Assembly (NCBI GenBank): GCA_013265495.1
Contig: MU058198.1
Location: forward strand, 7,083,779 to 7,147,778
Reading direction: 5' to 3'
Source of the DNA: Vicugna vicugna
Taxonomy: Eukaryota
Length of the DNA stretch: 64,000 bases
The position numbers and the translations under genes are program-made. The notes beneath the pieces are model-generated. The model saw only the letters and a list, made by a program, of their open reading frames with translations. It ran no database searches and was not told the origin of the DNA. Shown piece after piece: positions 1 to 12,331 of the stretch (position 1 is its first letter; the number at the start of each line of letters is the position of its first letter).

Positions 1-110
1 CCTCTGCCTTCAGCTTGGCCTGCAGCACGGAGCCTTCTCCCTCGATGCGCGCTGCCTCTGCGCGGGACTCGGCCTCCGCCTTGGCGGTCCCGGTGCTCTC
101 CACCGCGGTG
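1..110 (-). CDS. MVP: MVP exon 13 (partial, runs off window)
   Basis: cag|[49 protein letters not shown]. Confidence 0.93.
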
Positions 111-3100
111 CTGGAGGTGGCGCAGAGTCAGGCAGACCCAGGAGGAAGCCCAGCCCTGCCCTCCTCCGCCCTTGACTTAGACTGTAGCAGCCCATGTGCA
201 CACACACACTCCCCCCACAAGCTGCTTTTCCAAGACCCTCTGCCATCTTTTCTTCTAGTCCACCCACCTCAGAGCCTCCAGCTCCAAGAGTTCCCTGCGA
301 GCTTTTTCAGCCTCTGATTGGTCTAAGATCTTCTGCCTCTCAAGCCGGCCACGGGCTTCTTGTTCTAGTCTCTGAGCCTCATGCCTGGGTGAGAGGGGGA
401 ACAGGGAAGATGCTGGCATGAGGCCAGAGCTGAATTGGAGCTCCAAGGGCAGGGTCCACAGGCCCATGGGAGGCCCTCAACATGCAAATGAAAGCAAGAT
501 GTGCTCAGCAATCCAGGCATGATTCTAGGCACAGGGACACGTGGCCATGACCAACACCCCTGCTTTCACACAATTTACCTTCCAGTGGGGAAAAGTCAAG
601 TGAACAAGGATGATTTCAGACAGTGACAAGCTCCTTGAAAACAAGTGATAAGATAACATGACTGGGCAAAGAGGGTGCTGCTTCATTTGGGGAAGAAAGA
701 CAAGGGCTCTCCATGGAGGTGATCTTTGGAGGCCAGAGCAGGAGCCCGCCCTGAAGTTCTCTAGAGGAAGAACATTCTGGGTAGAGGGAACAGCCAGTGT
801 AGAAGGCCTTAAGGTTGGAACCCAGCCGTGTATCTGAGGAGCAGAAAGGAGCTAGTGGGCCTGGAGTGGTGAGCCGGGGGAGGAGGCCAGAAGGTGAGGT
901 GAGGGAGATGGCACTGGACCCCAAAGTGCCCAGAAGGCCACAGAAATGAGTTTGGGTTCCAGCACAAGCAAGGTGAGAAGTCACAGGAGTAGGGGTGGCA
1001 TCTATTCCCACTTTAAGTGGCCCATGTTATCTGCTGGTTAAGGATGACAGCAGGCTGACCACCAGGGGATATCATGTTACCCAGGTCCTGGCAGCAGGCT
1101 GGAGATGGGGACCCTGGATTGGTCTGGCCTGAAGTGGGTAATGTGGGTGGCTGGGCCCCTAGTCCTCACTCACTTGGCAGCGGCCTCCTGAGAGTTGGTG
1201 GTGATCTCAATGGCCAGCTGGACGCTGCGCTGCAGGGCATCCCGGGTCCTCTGGTCCACGGGCTCCACTGATTGCACATCCACACTGCTGACCACCAGTC
1301 CATTTTGGGGGAAGACGGCCCGGTCCCGGGGCTTGGGCAGGGCCGTGCTGTTGGACCCCTTGATTTCAAGGGTCTCAAAGCCAAAGACAGCAGTGCGAAT
1401 GATGCGGGCTGAATTCTTATGGAAGTCATCAAAAGTGACAGAGGCTACAGCCCCCCGCACCTGGGATGCAATGGCCTTGCAGGCATCACCCACAAAGTCG
1501 GGCACTGAGAAGAGCTTGGCCGCCTCTTGGGGGTCATTCCGGTCACTCAGCTCAAAATGCCTGGGAACAAAGACATCTCATCTTCAAAAAGGACACTAAA
1601 ACCCATTCTCCGTGGTTGGGCTGGGTCTTATGACAGAGAGTGCTGATTGGTATCTGCTATTTCAGGTGAAGTCCTGAGAAACTTACATGCTCCCATTTAA
1701 TTCGCACAGCCACCCCATGAGGTGAGAATGAGCATTATCCCCATTTTACAGATAAGGAAATAGAGGTCCAACAAGGTTGACTGACAGGTCTGAAGTCACA
1801 CAACAGGTGCCAAGCCAGAAAGCTGGACCCAGGCAGTGCGCCTCCAGGGTCTGTGCCCTCGGGAATCATGCTGCAATACCCCTAAAGATGTCAGTGCCCA
1901 AGCTGCCTTTGTCATGGTCCTGGCCACTCAGCCACCAGGTGAGGAACACGTGCTTGGGAGCTGTCAAGCATTGCTTCTGCATCTGACTTCTCTCCCCTAA
2001 CTCTAATTGCTGCCATTTGAGCTCTAACTACAGTACAGGTCACTGTTCCAATTCTCACCGCATCCTTTCAAGGGCCCCCTGAAGCTGTCATTGCCATTTT
2101 ACAGACTGGGAAACCAAGGAAAGCACCGAGTACTTGCCCAGGCCCACGGCTAGCACGCGGCAGGGCTGGGATGCAGACCCGTCAGCCTGAGAGCTTTAAA
2201 ACCTCATGGTTACATGTTTGGCTGAAAACACACTGGGAGTTCAGGTGAGGAGTGTTCTATCATGCCTCACGCCCAAATCCTGCTCCCAGGTGAGCCCAAA
2301 TCTCCCTTGTCATTCCCCTCCGGCATCAGACTGGATTTGCATGAACTTCTGGGTTTCCTGGTTTCCACTTGACCGTGGCATGGGGCCAGGCATTCTGCCC
2401 CTGATTGTGAGCCCAGCACTCGGAGTGGTATTTCTCCTCTTCAGGGTTTCCCTGGGGCAGCACCAGCAGGAGCCCTCACCCTCCTCCACCCCCCTGCCCC
2501 TCACCAGTTGTAGGCAAGCTGCAGCTGGAGCCTGGCGTGGTCCGCGGTTTCAATGGTGATGACATCGGTGAAGAAGTCAGGTCCCAACAGCAGGCAGAGT
2601 GCGCGGCGGGCATGGGGACGCTTGGGTCGCCCGGCGGAGAGGGACAACACCGTGAACTGCTCCTCGGGACCCAGCGACACCAGCTCTGGCCCGAAGACCA
2701 CACTGCAGAGGGAGCGGGGAGTCAGAGGCACGGAGAGCCCCTCCCACCGCAGCCGCAGCACCCCGCTGGCCGCTACTCACCGAGCCTTCTTTGCCCGGTA
2801 GTCATACACCTGCACGGCAGCGTTGTGAGGGACTCGGTAGCTGACCACACGGGTCTTATTCCGGGGAGCGGAGGGCTGAAGGGTCTTGGCCATCTCCTTC
2901 TGACCCCTGTCAGCCAGAGGGTCCTGCCCCTTGTTCAGCAGCTCTTCCACCCCCGGAGGCAGCTCCTTCTCCCACAAGACTTCATCTTGGGTCAGCATGT
3001 AGGTGCTTCCAATCACAGCACGCACCTAAAGAGAGGAAGATGAGGAGGGATGTCACCGGCAAAGGAAAAAGGGAAAAAGACCCACTCAGCAGCCCTAAAG

Positions 3101-6100
3101 CAGAACTGGCCCAGGAAGTAGTACAGCATCACAGTTCAACATGGTCTCTGGACCAAGGCTGTGTTCAAGTTCACCATCTGCGAGCTTGATCATCTTGGGC
3201 AGCTATTTCACTTATGTGCTTCAGCTCATCTGCAAAAGGGACCCTATAGTGGCGCCCTCATAAGGTTGAGGAATGAAATTACACCTCACATGTCTAGTGC
3301 CAAGAACTTGGCATATGGTTAAGTTCCTGATACTATTTCTTCAAGAGTTTTTCCTTCATGGGGCAGCTTGGAGGGCATCCCAGGGATAGATGCAATCCTA
3401 GAACTAGGTAGCACACTAACATTTCCTAGGATTCTGAGCTCTAACTTCCAGGTTGGATTCTTAAAAGAGGTTGGAGATGTGGTCCTAGGTGGAACTAAGA
3501 TCCAGGTTTTGGGTGAGGGACAAAGAGGAGGGACTCCCATCAGGATAAGGGAATGGAGGGAGGTGGGGTCTCACTGTTCCTAGGCCACACCCCAGTCAGA
3601 CCTTTATGCCAGAGGCCAGATCTGTGTTGAGGACCGAGTCCCTCTCCTAAAACCTGGTTCACCTTGCTTGGGAATTCTAAAATTTGAAATTAGATATTTA
3701 AGACAAAGGGAAGGCAAACACTTTGCAGAATGCCCTCATTTCATAGCCAGTGGGCCTGGATGCTGCTAGCAATGCTGCTGAAGTCCCTTCTGTCACCTCC
3801 ACCACACATCTCCCCATCAGCATCACCCACTTGCCCAGACCACCACGGCCACATGGCAGCAATGTGCCCCTCCCTCAGCTGTTACCCTTCCGGTCTTGAC
3901 ATCCTGCACGTAGATGCCCTCGTTCTCATCCAGAGGGATGGCCTGACGCTCTTCCACCACCTCCACCTTGGCAGATGGCACATACTCCAGGGGTCCGCGG
4001 ATGAGCCAGCGGTCCCCGGCCTGGTGGGAGACCTTATCCTCATCTTCCCCCTCCTCCAGGGGCTGCAGGGCCCTGAGCAGCAGCCCCTGCTGCTCCGACA
4101 GCACGTATACATTCTGGATGCCTCGTTCCAGCTTCTCTCCTGGCTGGAGGAAAAAAGACTTCTCTCCCTAGTGGGGAGAAGTGGAGTCAGGAGCAGTTTC
4201 ACTCAGGACTGTGGTGCCTCACACGGTACCTCCCTCGGCCCCATGTGACCATGGGCTTGTGTTGAGGACAGGAGCCCCCAAAAGCACCCTCCCCACCCCC
4301 ACATCATACCGTAAATTATTATCTGGACTGTGAGGCTCTCTACAAATGCCTATACATCTGGTCAAACCTGCCCTTGAAAAATTCTGTAAACTGGCAAGAT
4401 CTGGGTTCTTACAAGCTCACCACAGCTCAACAGTTGAGAAGTAAGCTATTATTGCTTTATTTCTCCCCCGTTTTGTTCTCTTGGGATGGTGTAGTCCAGA
4501 ATTGGTAATATAATCTTTGGGCCAAATCTGGCCTGGTGCCTATTTTAAAATACATATGTATTTGAGATATAACCCACATGTTATAAAATACACCTATTTA
4601 AAGAATACAATTCTGTGGCTTTGGAATATCCAGAGTTGCCTAATATCACTATTCCCTAATTCCAGAACATTATTACCTTAAAAGGAAACCCTATACCCAG
4701 CAGCAGTTACTGCCCAACCCTACCCCACGCCAGCATGAATCTATTTTCTGTCTCTATGGATTTACCGATTCTGGACATTTCATACAAATGGGATCATACA
4801 CTAAGTGGTCTTTTATGTCTGGCTTCTATTGCCTAGTATAATGCTTTCAACTTTATCCATATGGTAGCATGTATCAGAACTTCATTTTTTTTTTTAACAT
4901 TTTTGAGTTATTTTAAGAACATTAGTGCCCTTAAACCCAGAAAGATTACTTTTATTCTTTTAATTGATATTCCATTGTCTGGAGATACCATATTTCTAAT
5001 CTATTCATCAATTAATAGACATCTGGGTTGTTTTTACTTGTTCCACCTCCTGTTTTTGTAAATAAAATGTGTCAAGAACACAGCGGCACTGGTTCATTTA
5101 CAAGCCATCTCCGCTGCTTTCACAGTACAACAGCAGAGTTGAGTAGTTGCAACAGAAACCAGACAGCTCACGAAGCCTAAAATATCTATGCTCTGGTCCT
5201 TTCACAGGAAGGGTCTGCCAACCCCTGGTAGTCCCATGTATCATTCAGAGAGGGATGAGGTACGGGGTGGCAAAAAGGGGAAACCAAGAAATTTGTTTTA
5301 CACAGGATGACGTTTCCAGAACAAAGGGATGTGAAATATGAGAGAGAGCTTCTGGGTCTGTGGGCACAGTGCATGGCCAGGGAGGTGCTCCCAGGAGAGG
5401 CTGTGTGTAACTTGAGGTCGGGGATTTCCAGAAAGATCAAAGAGAGGTGTCTCAAGAGACAGAGAACTAAGTGTGTGCAGAGGGAGTCAAAGAGAGCTTC
5501 TGTGTTTCTAGACCATGCAGCCGGGGTGGGAGGAGGGAAGGGACAGAGGTCCAAGGGCATTCTCTTCTGGGGGAGGTGGAGGCACTTACCTTGACCACAC
5601 GCTTCTGGCCCAGCTGATTCTTGCCATCCGGTCCAACCGGATCGAGAATCACACAGTAGTTGTGGGGGCCCAGGGTGGTGATGGACACAACCCCCAGCAC
5701 CTCCTCGTAGACATCTGGCACATGGGCCTCCGTGTCCTGCACAGTCACCAGCCATTCCTCCCCAGTGCGGCGGGACACTCCTCTCAAGTCTCGGAAGTTC
5801 TGCCGAGCCCGGAGGTGCAGGGCTGTCTGCAGAGCAAGATGTCGGCGTGTGTGAGCAGACCGGCCTCCAGCTTCCTTGGGGGAGTTGGGAACCCCACTGG
5901 CCACCAAATGTCTACCAACATAGGAGGACTTTTTAAACCCTTTCAGGTGACCCAGGATTCTCCTCAGGTGACCTCTTATTTTCACGCTCTCTGCCACTGA
6001 AAGCCTCCTACCCCTGGGCCCCCCAGGGAACAAACCTTTTCCGTAAGGATCACAGCATCCACCAAGTCCAGAACCTCCTCAAACACTGCTGGGAGGTACG

Positions 6101-9100
6101 CACCCACGGAGCGGACCAGCCATTCTTCTCCTGGGCCGGGGGCAGAGAGCAAGGGTCAAAGGTTACCCAGCCTGCTACCCAGCTGCCTCTGCCCACTGCC
6201 TAGACAACAGGGGACCAGAAGGACTTCGTAGGCCACTGCCCCCAGGCTCAAGGGCCTGACGGGAGTCCTTGTTTTCATTCCTGAGGCCCGAGGAAAACCA
6301 ATCCTACCCCAGAAAGATTTTAAAAAGCACTTCCAAGTGCCGGAGTTGCTACTATGCCAATACCCTGCTAGCCCTCTCTAAGCTAAAAAGACTGACTTTC
6401 TCCTTCCCTAAAACAGGCAGAACTGCCTCATTAGAGTGGGAGATGCTATTTAGTCTATTGGAGGAGCAAGAGTGCTGGGGGACAAGTTAGCATCCTTGCC
6501 CTTCTCGGCCAAGAAACCAGGCCTCAGTCATGGATGTGGAAAACCAGAGTCGTAGTGCCTCAAGGTTGTTAGAGGACTAAGTTATCATCTGTAAAGCATT
6601 TGAACCACACCTGGGACAAAGTAAGCATGGCCTTTGTGAAGACCTTGTTTAATACATCATACTTGTCAAACGCAGGTGCTGGTTGTATATGAACACTTAC
6701 TCTGTTGATCTAGAAATAGATGTGGCCACTACCCCTGGCTCATGGTAAAGCGTCAGGGGAAGGAAAACCCATGTCAGTGTGGCCAAGATCACAGGATCAG
6801 GACCAGGGCAGAGTCACATGAAGTGGGGTGGGGGATGCATCAGGGGGCTGCCCCGCAACAGCTTTCAAGAGATACCAGGGAAGCACTCCAGGCTCCCAAC
6901 CTTCCCCACTTCCCTAGCAGTCATGCCACGGCCTGCCCCACACCCCTGGGAGCACCCCTTCAGGACTCCACCTGTCACTCTCTCCTTGCCCTCCCGGTCC
7001 CAGCACTCCTTGCGGGCCCTCAGCCGCAGGGCCTGGTTCTGCCTGATGATAGTGGCCTGAATGATCTCCACGACCTCCACCTCCTTCTGGGGGATATACG
7101 TGCCTGGGAAGAGAAGATGAGGTGGAAGCTGAAGGTCAGGAGATGCCAGGGCTATAACGGGAAGACAGGAAGCCTGACCCTGACCTCGCCTTGACGGAAG
7201 AAACTTACCAGGTCCTTCAAATAGCCACTCATCTCCTGCCACCACCTTGTCTCCATTCTTATCCTCAAAATCCAGCAGCGCCTTAAGATGGAGGGCAGTG
7301 TTGGGCAGAACCACCTGCAGTGGGGTGATGTCCTAATAGGGAAAGAAGTGGGGGTCATGGGGTATTCAGAACTGTGACCCCTGGAGTCAAACCTGTTACC
7401 TTGAAGGTCAGAGTCCACAGCATCAATCTCTCCATGTCCCAAAACAAGACTGAGTGGAAGGTACAAGGTAGGGGTGGCCCCAAAGCCATCTGGTCTGAAG
7501 AGTGAAGATGGAGTTGACAGGGCAAGAAGATGCCACTTCAGATGGGCCAAGGACACAACTTCCTCTGCAGAAGTGCTCAAACCTTGGTTTGAACTAGGAA
7601 TTCAGCCGGGAAGCTGGGTAGAGGGCTTGATGGGAGAGGTGGGAGAAGTAACTGGGAAGCTAAATAAGTGAGTATCTCATGACCCAGCATGCACTGGGGC
7701 TCTCTAGGAAGTATAAGGAGGTGGGAAGGTATAAACTGCAGTAACAGGCACATCTTATGTGTGAGAATTTGTTTTCAAGGTTGCCTCATGGTCATAGGAC
7801 AGCCATTGTACACCAGCCATCATATCTCCTCCGTCAGGAAGGGGGACCTGGTAACAAGTAGCCAAATCTTTTAAACGTTTGTACAAATATTTCTACAAAT
7901 AGGACTTCACTTCATCTTTGATCTGAGGGAGGCAGGAAAGCAAGGAAAGAGGCTCATGGAGGTTAAGGAACATGATGAAGGTCACACAACTAGTAAGGAA
8001 CAGTAAAGGTCTGAACCTCCGCCTCTAGTGAAAGCTACCTGCCACACTTTATTCTAACTAGAGTGGCCCCAGTCACATAACTGCTTCACCCACTGACCAC
8101 GCGCTGGGCTGGGGAGAGGCAGAGCTGGAGGTTTACTGCCTGGGGAAGCCTCTGCCTGTACCCCTTCTATGCACATGGCACATGACTAGTTGTGTCGGCG
8201 GCAGGACATTCCCCCATCTTCGTGGAGTTTAAGTTCCAGCAGGTGATAAGACACAAATAGACCATGCCCTCCGAGCAGACTGTGGACGGTGTCAAGGGAG
8301 GGAGACTGCAGAAGTTCAGACGAAGTTAGGAAAGGCCCTCAGAGAGTGCCATTTGAACTGGGGCTCAAAGGAAGAGCTGGCTTTTGATGTAAAGGTGTTG
8401 AAGAGGGAGGAGAGGTGAGCATCCTGGGGAGAGCATGTGGTCCACTATGATTTTCATTTCTCACATCTACTGCACCATGTACATCAAGTCTGTCTTTATC
8501 TTTGCCATTGTCCTCATCTAAGCCACCAATACCTCTTGCCTGGATGATGGAAATAGCTTCCTAATTTGTCTCCTGGCTGCCACTTTTGTCTCCTTCCAGT
8601 ATGACCCCCCTCTTCCCCACCACTACGATGTTCCAGCTTGGGTGACAAGGTACCCAGTAGTATTACCAAGTGAGATAGGAAATATGGGAGAAAAGATTTG
8701 GGTTTGGATGTGTTAGGTTTGGATGTCCAGTATGAGGTGTCTGTGGGACATCCAAGAAGGGGCTTCCTATAGACAGTTAGGAGACTCATAGTCTGGAGTG
8801 CCAGCTAAGGTATAGGGTTGGGTGTCTTTAATGTAGATGAAGTGGTCACGGCCACAAAAAAGAGGGCACAGAGAATATTCAGGGCAGAACCTAAAGGCAG
8901 AGGGGATGGGGAGAAGATGAAAAAAGACATCTACAGAGCAAAACATTAAGTTTCAGTAAGAGGGCAGATCAACAATGGATGTGGCTGAGAGCCTGTAAGA
9001 CACAGAATGACTGTTCACTGGGCCTGCAGTGAGGACGTCTTGGCGTTTTGCCAAAATGGGTTCAGTGCAGGTGGGGACACAGGCCAGATGCAGGGGCTTG

Positions 9101-12100
9101 CAAAGCAATAGGGCAGAGAACATCAAGTTCAAGTTGTTAAAGACTAAATAAGAAAGAGAAAGCAATAAATAGCCAAAAATTAGATTCATAGGGCTATTCA
9201 TACAAGCCCATACAAATTTAATGTGCATATCCTGAGACCCAGCATTTTTTAGTTTCTACTCTCAAAAAAAAAACACAAAAAATAAAAACTAGAATGCACA
9301 AGGACATGCAGACAAGGATGTTCATCGCAGCACCATTTTTCCTATAAATTGGAAACATTCTAAACAATACCCAGTAAGAGAATGGCTGAACTTCTATCGA
9401 TCATATGGAATTACATACAACAATTAAACAAGAGATGACTTACGTACCAAGATGGAGAAGTTCATTCAAAATACTGACAAGTGGCGATGTACTAGCCCTT
9501 ATACAAGTAAGTTATAACCAACATTTTTTTCTTGCTACATACTTTTGTGAATGCATAGACATATCTAGAAGTAATACCCTGAGCGGATGATAGTAGATGC
9601 CTCTGGGGAGGGAGAGCAGATACTGGTGTGGGAGTCAGAGAGGACTTGACCACCTTATGATTCTTTAGAATGAAAAGCTCACACTAAAGTAAGCCTTTAA
9701 GGCTAGAAGAAGGTGGAAGAGGCAGAACACATTTACTGGCCAAGAGAAAGGCATCAGTAGTGGAGAAGTTGACAGGAGAGAGACGCTCTAGGTGGGGACA
9801 AGATCCCAAGGGATAGAAGGATGCATCTTCCTGTATCTACCGATGGAGAGGAACCTCCTAGAGGCTCCAATAGGTAGGAAGGAGATAAGGAAAGGGGACA
9901 AACACCCAGACCCTCCCAGATGGCCTCCATTTCTATGTAAGTGATCAAGTCGTTTGAGAGTGAGAGGGCACAAAATAGAAGAGTGGAGAATGATAAATAT
10001 TCAGAGGCCTATAGGGGCACAAAGGAGAGAAAGCTGGTTGAGAAGGAAGAACTAATGAGCAGGGCTTGGGATGGAATGAACCACATAACCCATTAGCTAC
10101 TTAGAATACTGTTGTGGTGGATCTGCCCATGTGGCTACTAAACCCCTCCGGGGTGTCAGGACGGAGAGGGCAGGTGGGGGTAGCACTGATCCAGGACTGA
10201 GTTTGGGCACAGGTCCAGCGCACAGAGAGTGTGTGTTAAAAGGAAAGGTTCAGTGGCACCAAGGAGAGGCCAGTGCCCCTGGTGAAAACCAGAAAATGTC
10301 ACCCCCACCCCCTCAGAGAATCTGAGAGATAGGACAGAAGATGGCTGGCTAGGAAAGGGACACTGAGAGAACATGAGAACAGAGGCCGGCTAGGAAGCGG
10401 ACAGTGACGTGGAGGAGGAGCCGGGGTTTAACTTCAGGTAGGGGAATAACCAACCAAGTCTAACCAACCAAGTCCAGAGTAAACACGGCACTGGGTGAGG
10501 TTGAAGCAAAATGGAAGAGGCGAGGGTCAGAGTTGAGGTCAAGAAGGCCGAGATGTTGATGAGGTCATCACAAGGACACTGGTGAGACTCTCAGGAGGGT
10601 GGAGAAGGGAGGCTCGAGAAGGTGCCACCTCAGTGATGGGAAAGGAAGTAATGCGGGTAGAGGCAAGGGCCTTGAGGGAGGGCAAGAGCTGACTTTGGAG
10701 AGAAAAGGGGTCATCTCGGTGGCATCGGGCTCTGAGGAAGCGGAGGCCCTGCTCTCCTGGCACACGTAGGGTCTGAGAACGAGCTGCTGTGGGCTGTGGC
10801 TGCCAGGGAAGCACTGGTTAAAGAGGCAGAAATGAGGAATGCTCTCCCTCCCCCTAGGGAGCTCCTAAGTGCTGGTACTCGACCACCCACCACTGCTTGG
10901 CTCTCCCCCAGAGGGGGATTTAGTTTGACTCAGGTAGAACTTGGATATGGGAGATTATAAAATTTTTGACAGTTTGAGACACAACAAAATCACAAGAATA
11001 ATATGAAGAATTCCCCTAAACTTCAGAGTTATCATGCTAGTCATCTTCATCACTGACCATCTCTACACATATTTTCCCCAAAGTGTCTGCATCTAAGTGC
11101 AAGGGAATGCCTCAGAGCTCCCCGGGTTTGGGTTGAGAGTTGTCAGACCATCTCCCCACCTAATCTTCCAGCCTCCAGAGGATATTATACTCCCAGGATC
11201 AAGAAGCACTGCTTAGTAGGGGAACCCAGAGTGAAACAAGCTAGAACAGCAAGGAGGTGAAGGAAGAAATGTTACGGAAATGAAGGCACAATGCCATCTT
11301 ACACAGGCCCAGGGTCTGAGGGCAACATGGACGAGGGCCTAGCTGGCTGTGCATGTCTGTGACGCCTTTCCGCGGGACAACCACAGGTGTCCGAGCCTGG
11401 ACCTTGTCTGGTCCACTATTGCTGTCACTGCCTACTAACGTCTGGCACTGTTCGAGGGAATGAAATGGCTACCCTCTCGGCACAAGTTGTTTGGTGCCAG
11501 ACTGGCAGGGGGCTTCCGGCAGGCTCTGGAGCCTGGAAGATTAGATGGTGAGATGGGCTGACAGCTCTCAAAAGAGGTGCACGTCTGTTGTGGGCATGTG
11601 AGGAGGAAGGGGGTGTTTGGGGAAGGTGAGTGGAGGGGTATCAAGTCAATTCTGCCCCTGGTGAAAACCAGAAAATGTCACCCCCACCCCCTCCCATGGG
11701 CCCAGTTTGTTCTCCCTCCAGAAAGCAGCACCGAACCTGGGGACAAGGTGGCAGGGCAGGCAGAGAGGGTATGGGGGGTGGGGTAGGCAAAGCCAGGTAC
11801 CTTTTCCAGCACCTCCCCTGGGTACAGGGGGAAGGGGTCCTGGGCCAGCCGGATCTCTAGGTCAGCATGGCGGAGCCGTACTTGCCCTGTGATGTCGAAT
11901 AGCACTGAGCCCTGGCCATCCCGGGACACCGGGTTGGCCACCGTGCAGTAATGCCGTGGAGGGATAGTCACCATGCGCAAGGGGGCAAACAGGATCCTGT
12001 TGGAGGGTGAGAAGCTGTGTGAGGACCCAGGGGACCCCTGTTCCTACTCCTGAAGGAGGTAGAAGATGGGAGAGAAAGCTCCCTGTCACTCAAGCCAGGG

Positions 12101-12331
12101 CCAGTCCCGGTGGGGAACAGAAGGGGGGAGATGGATGATCATGCCAGTCAGACTACCAGGCCCTCCTTGGCCCCAGATGCCCCCACAGCCCTGTCCCAAC
12201 ACCAACCTCTCATTGTCCTGCCGGATGTAAGTCTTTGGCCCAACCTCCACACGGGACACGTTGCTGTTCTGGTCCAGCACATGGATGTAGTTGTATGGTG
12301 GGATACGGATGATGGACTCCTCAGTTGCCAT
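1..12331 (-). CDS. MVP: Major vault protein, multi-exon, 3'-partial (coding exons 2-13 in window)
   Basis: complement(join(<1..110,268..384,1174..1560,2505..2702,2781..3025,3886..4167,5590..5826,6036..6130,6972..7103,7209..7332,11801..11996,12207..12331)). Starts [22 protein letters not shown]; vault repeats, shoulder domain and start of cap helix. All introns GT-AG with frame preserved. Confidence 0.98.
268..384 (-). CDS. MVP: MVP exon 12
   Basis: [42 protein letters not shown] boundaries. Confidence 0.95.
1174..1560 (-). CDS. MVP: MVP exon 11 (shoulder domain)
   Basis: [55 protein letters not shown]...QEAAAK; AG/GTGAGT. Confidence 0.95.
2505..2702 (-). CDS. MVP: MVP exon 10
   Basis: [30 protein letters not shown]...LQLAYNW. 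Confidence 0.95.
2781..3025 (-). CDS. MVP: MVP exon 9
   Basis: [24 protein letters not shown]...YDYRAKKAR. Confidence 0.95.
3886..4167 (-). CDS. MVP: MVP exon 8
   Basis: [34 protein letters not shown]...VQDVKTGR. Confidence 0.95.
4494..5226. mobile_element. MER58-like hAT DNA transposon interrupted by an old L1 3' fragment (about 4546-5045, minus)
   Basis: gggccaaatctggcc...tttttgtaaataaa...gagtagttgcaacagaaacc...tctgccaacccctg flanking typical L1M 3'UTR antisense text. Confidence 0.65.
5590..5826 (-). CDS. MVP: MVP exon 7
   Basis: [16 protein letters not shown]...[10 protein letters not shown]. Confidence 0.95.
6036..6130 (-). CDS. MVP: MVP exon 6
   Basis: [31 protein letters not shown]; translated by hand (not in ORF track). 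Confidence 0.93.
6972..7103 (-). CDS. MVP: MVP exon 5
   Basis: [43 protein letters not shown]. Confidence 0.95.
7209..7332 (-). CDS. MVP: MVP exon 4
   Basis: [41 protein letters not shown]. Confidence 0.95.
10274..10314 (+). repeat. 41-bp perfect direct repeat, copy 1 (copy 2 at 11653-11693)
   Basis: tgcccctggtgaaaaccagaaaatgtcacccccaccccctc occurs twice. Confidence 0.95.
11801..11996 (-). CDS. MVP: MVP exon 3
   Basis: [23 protein letters not shown]...[12 protein letters not shown]. Confidence 0.95.
12207..12331 (-). CDS. MVP: MVP exon 2 coding part (start codon)
   Basis: Kozak [50 protein letters not shown]; donor GTTGGT. Confidence 0.96.
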
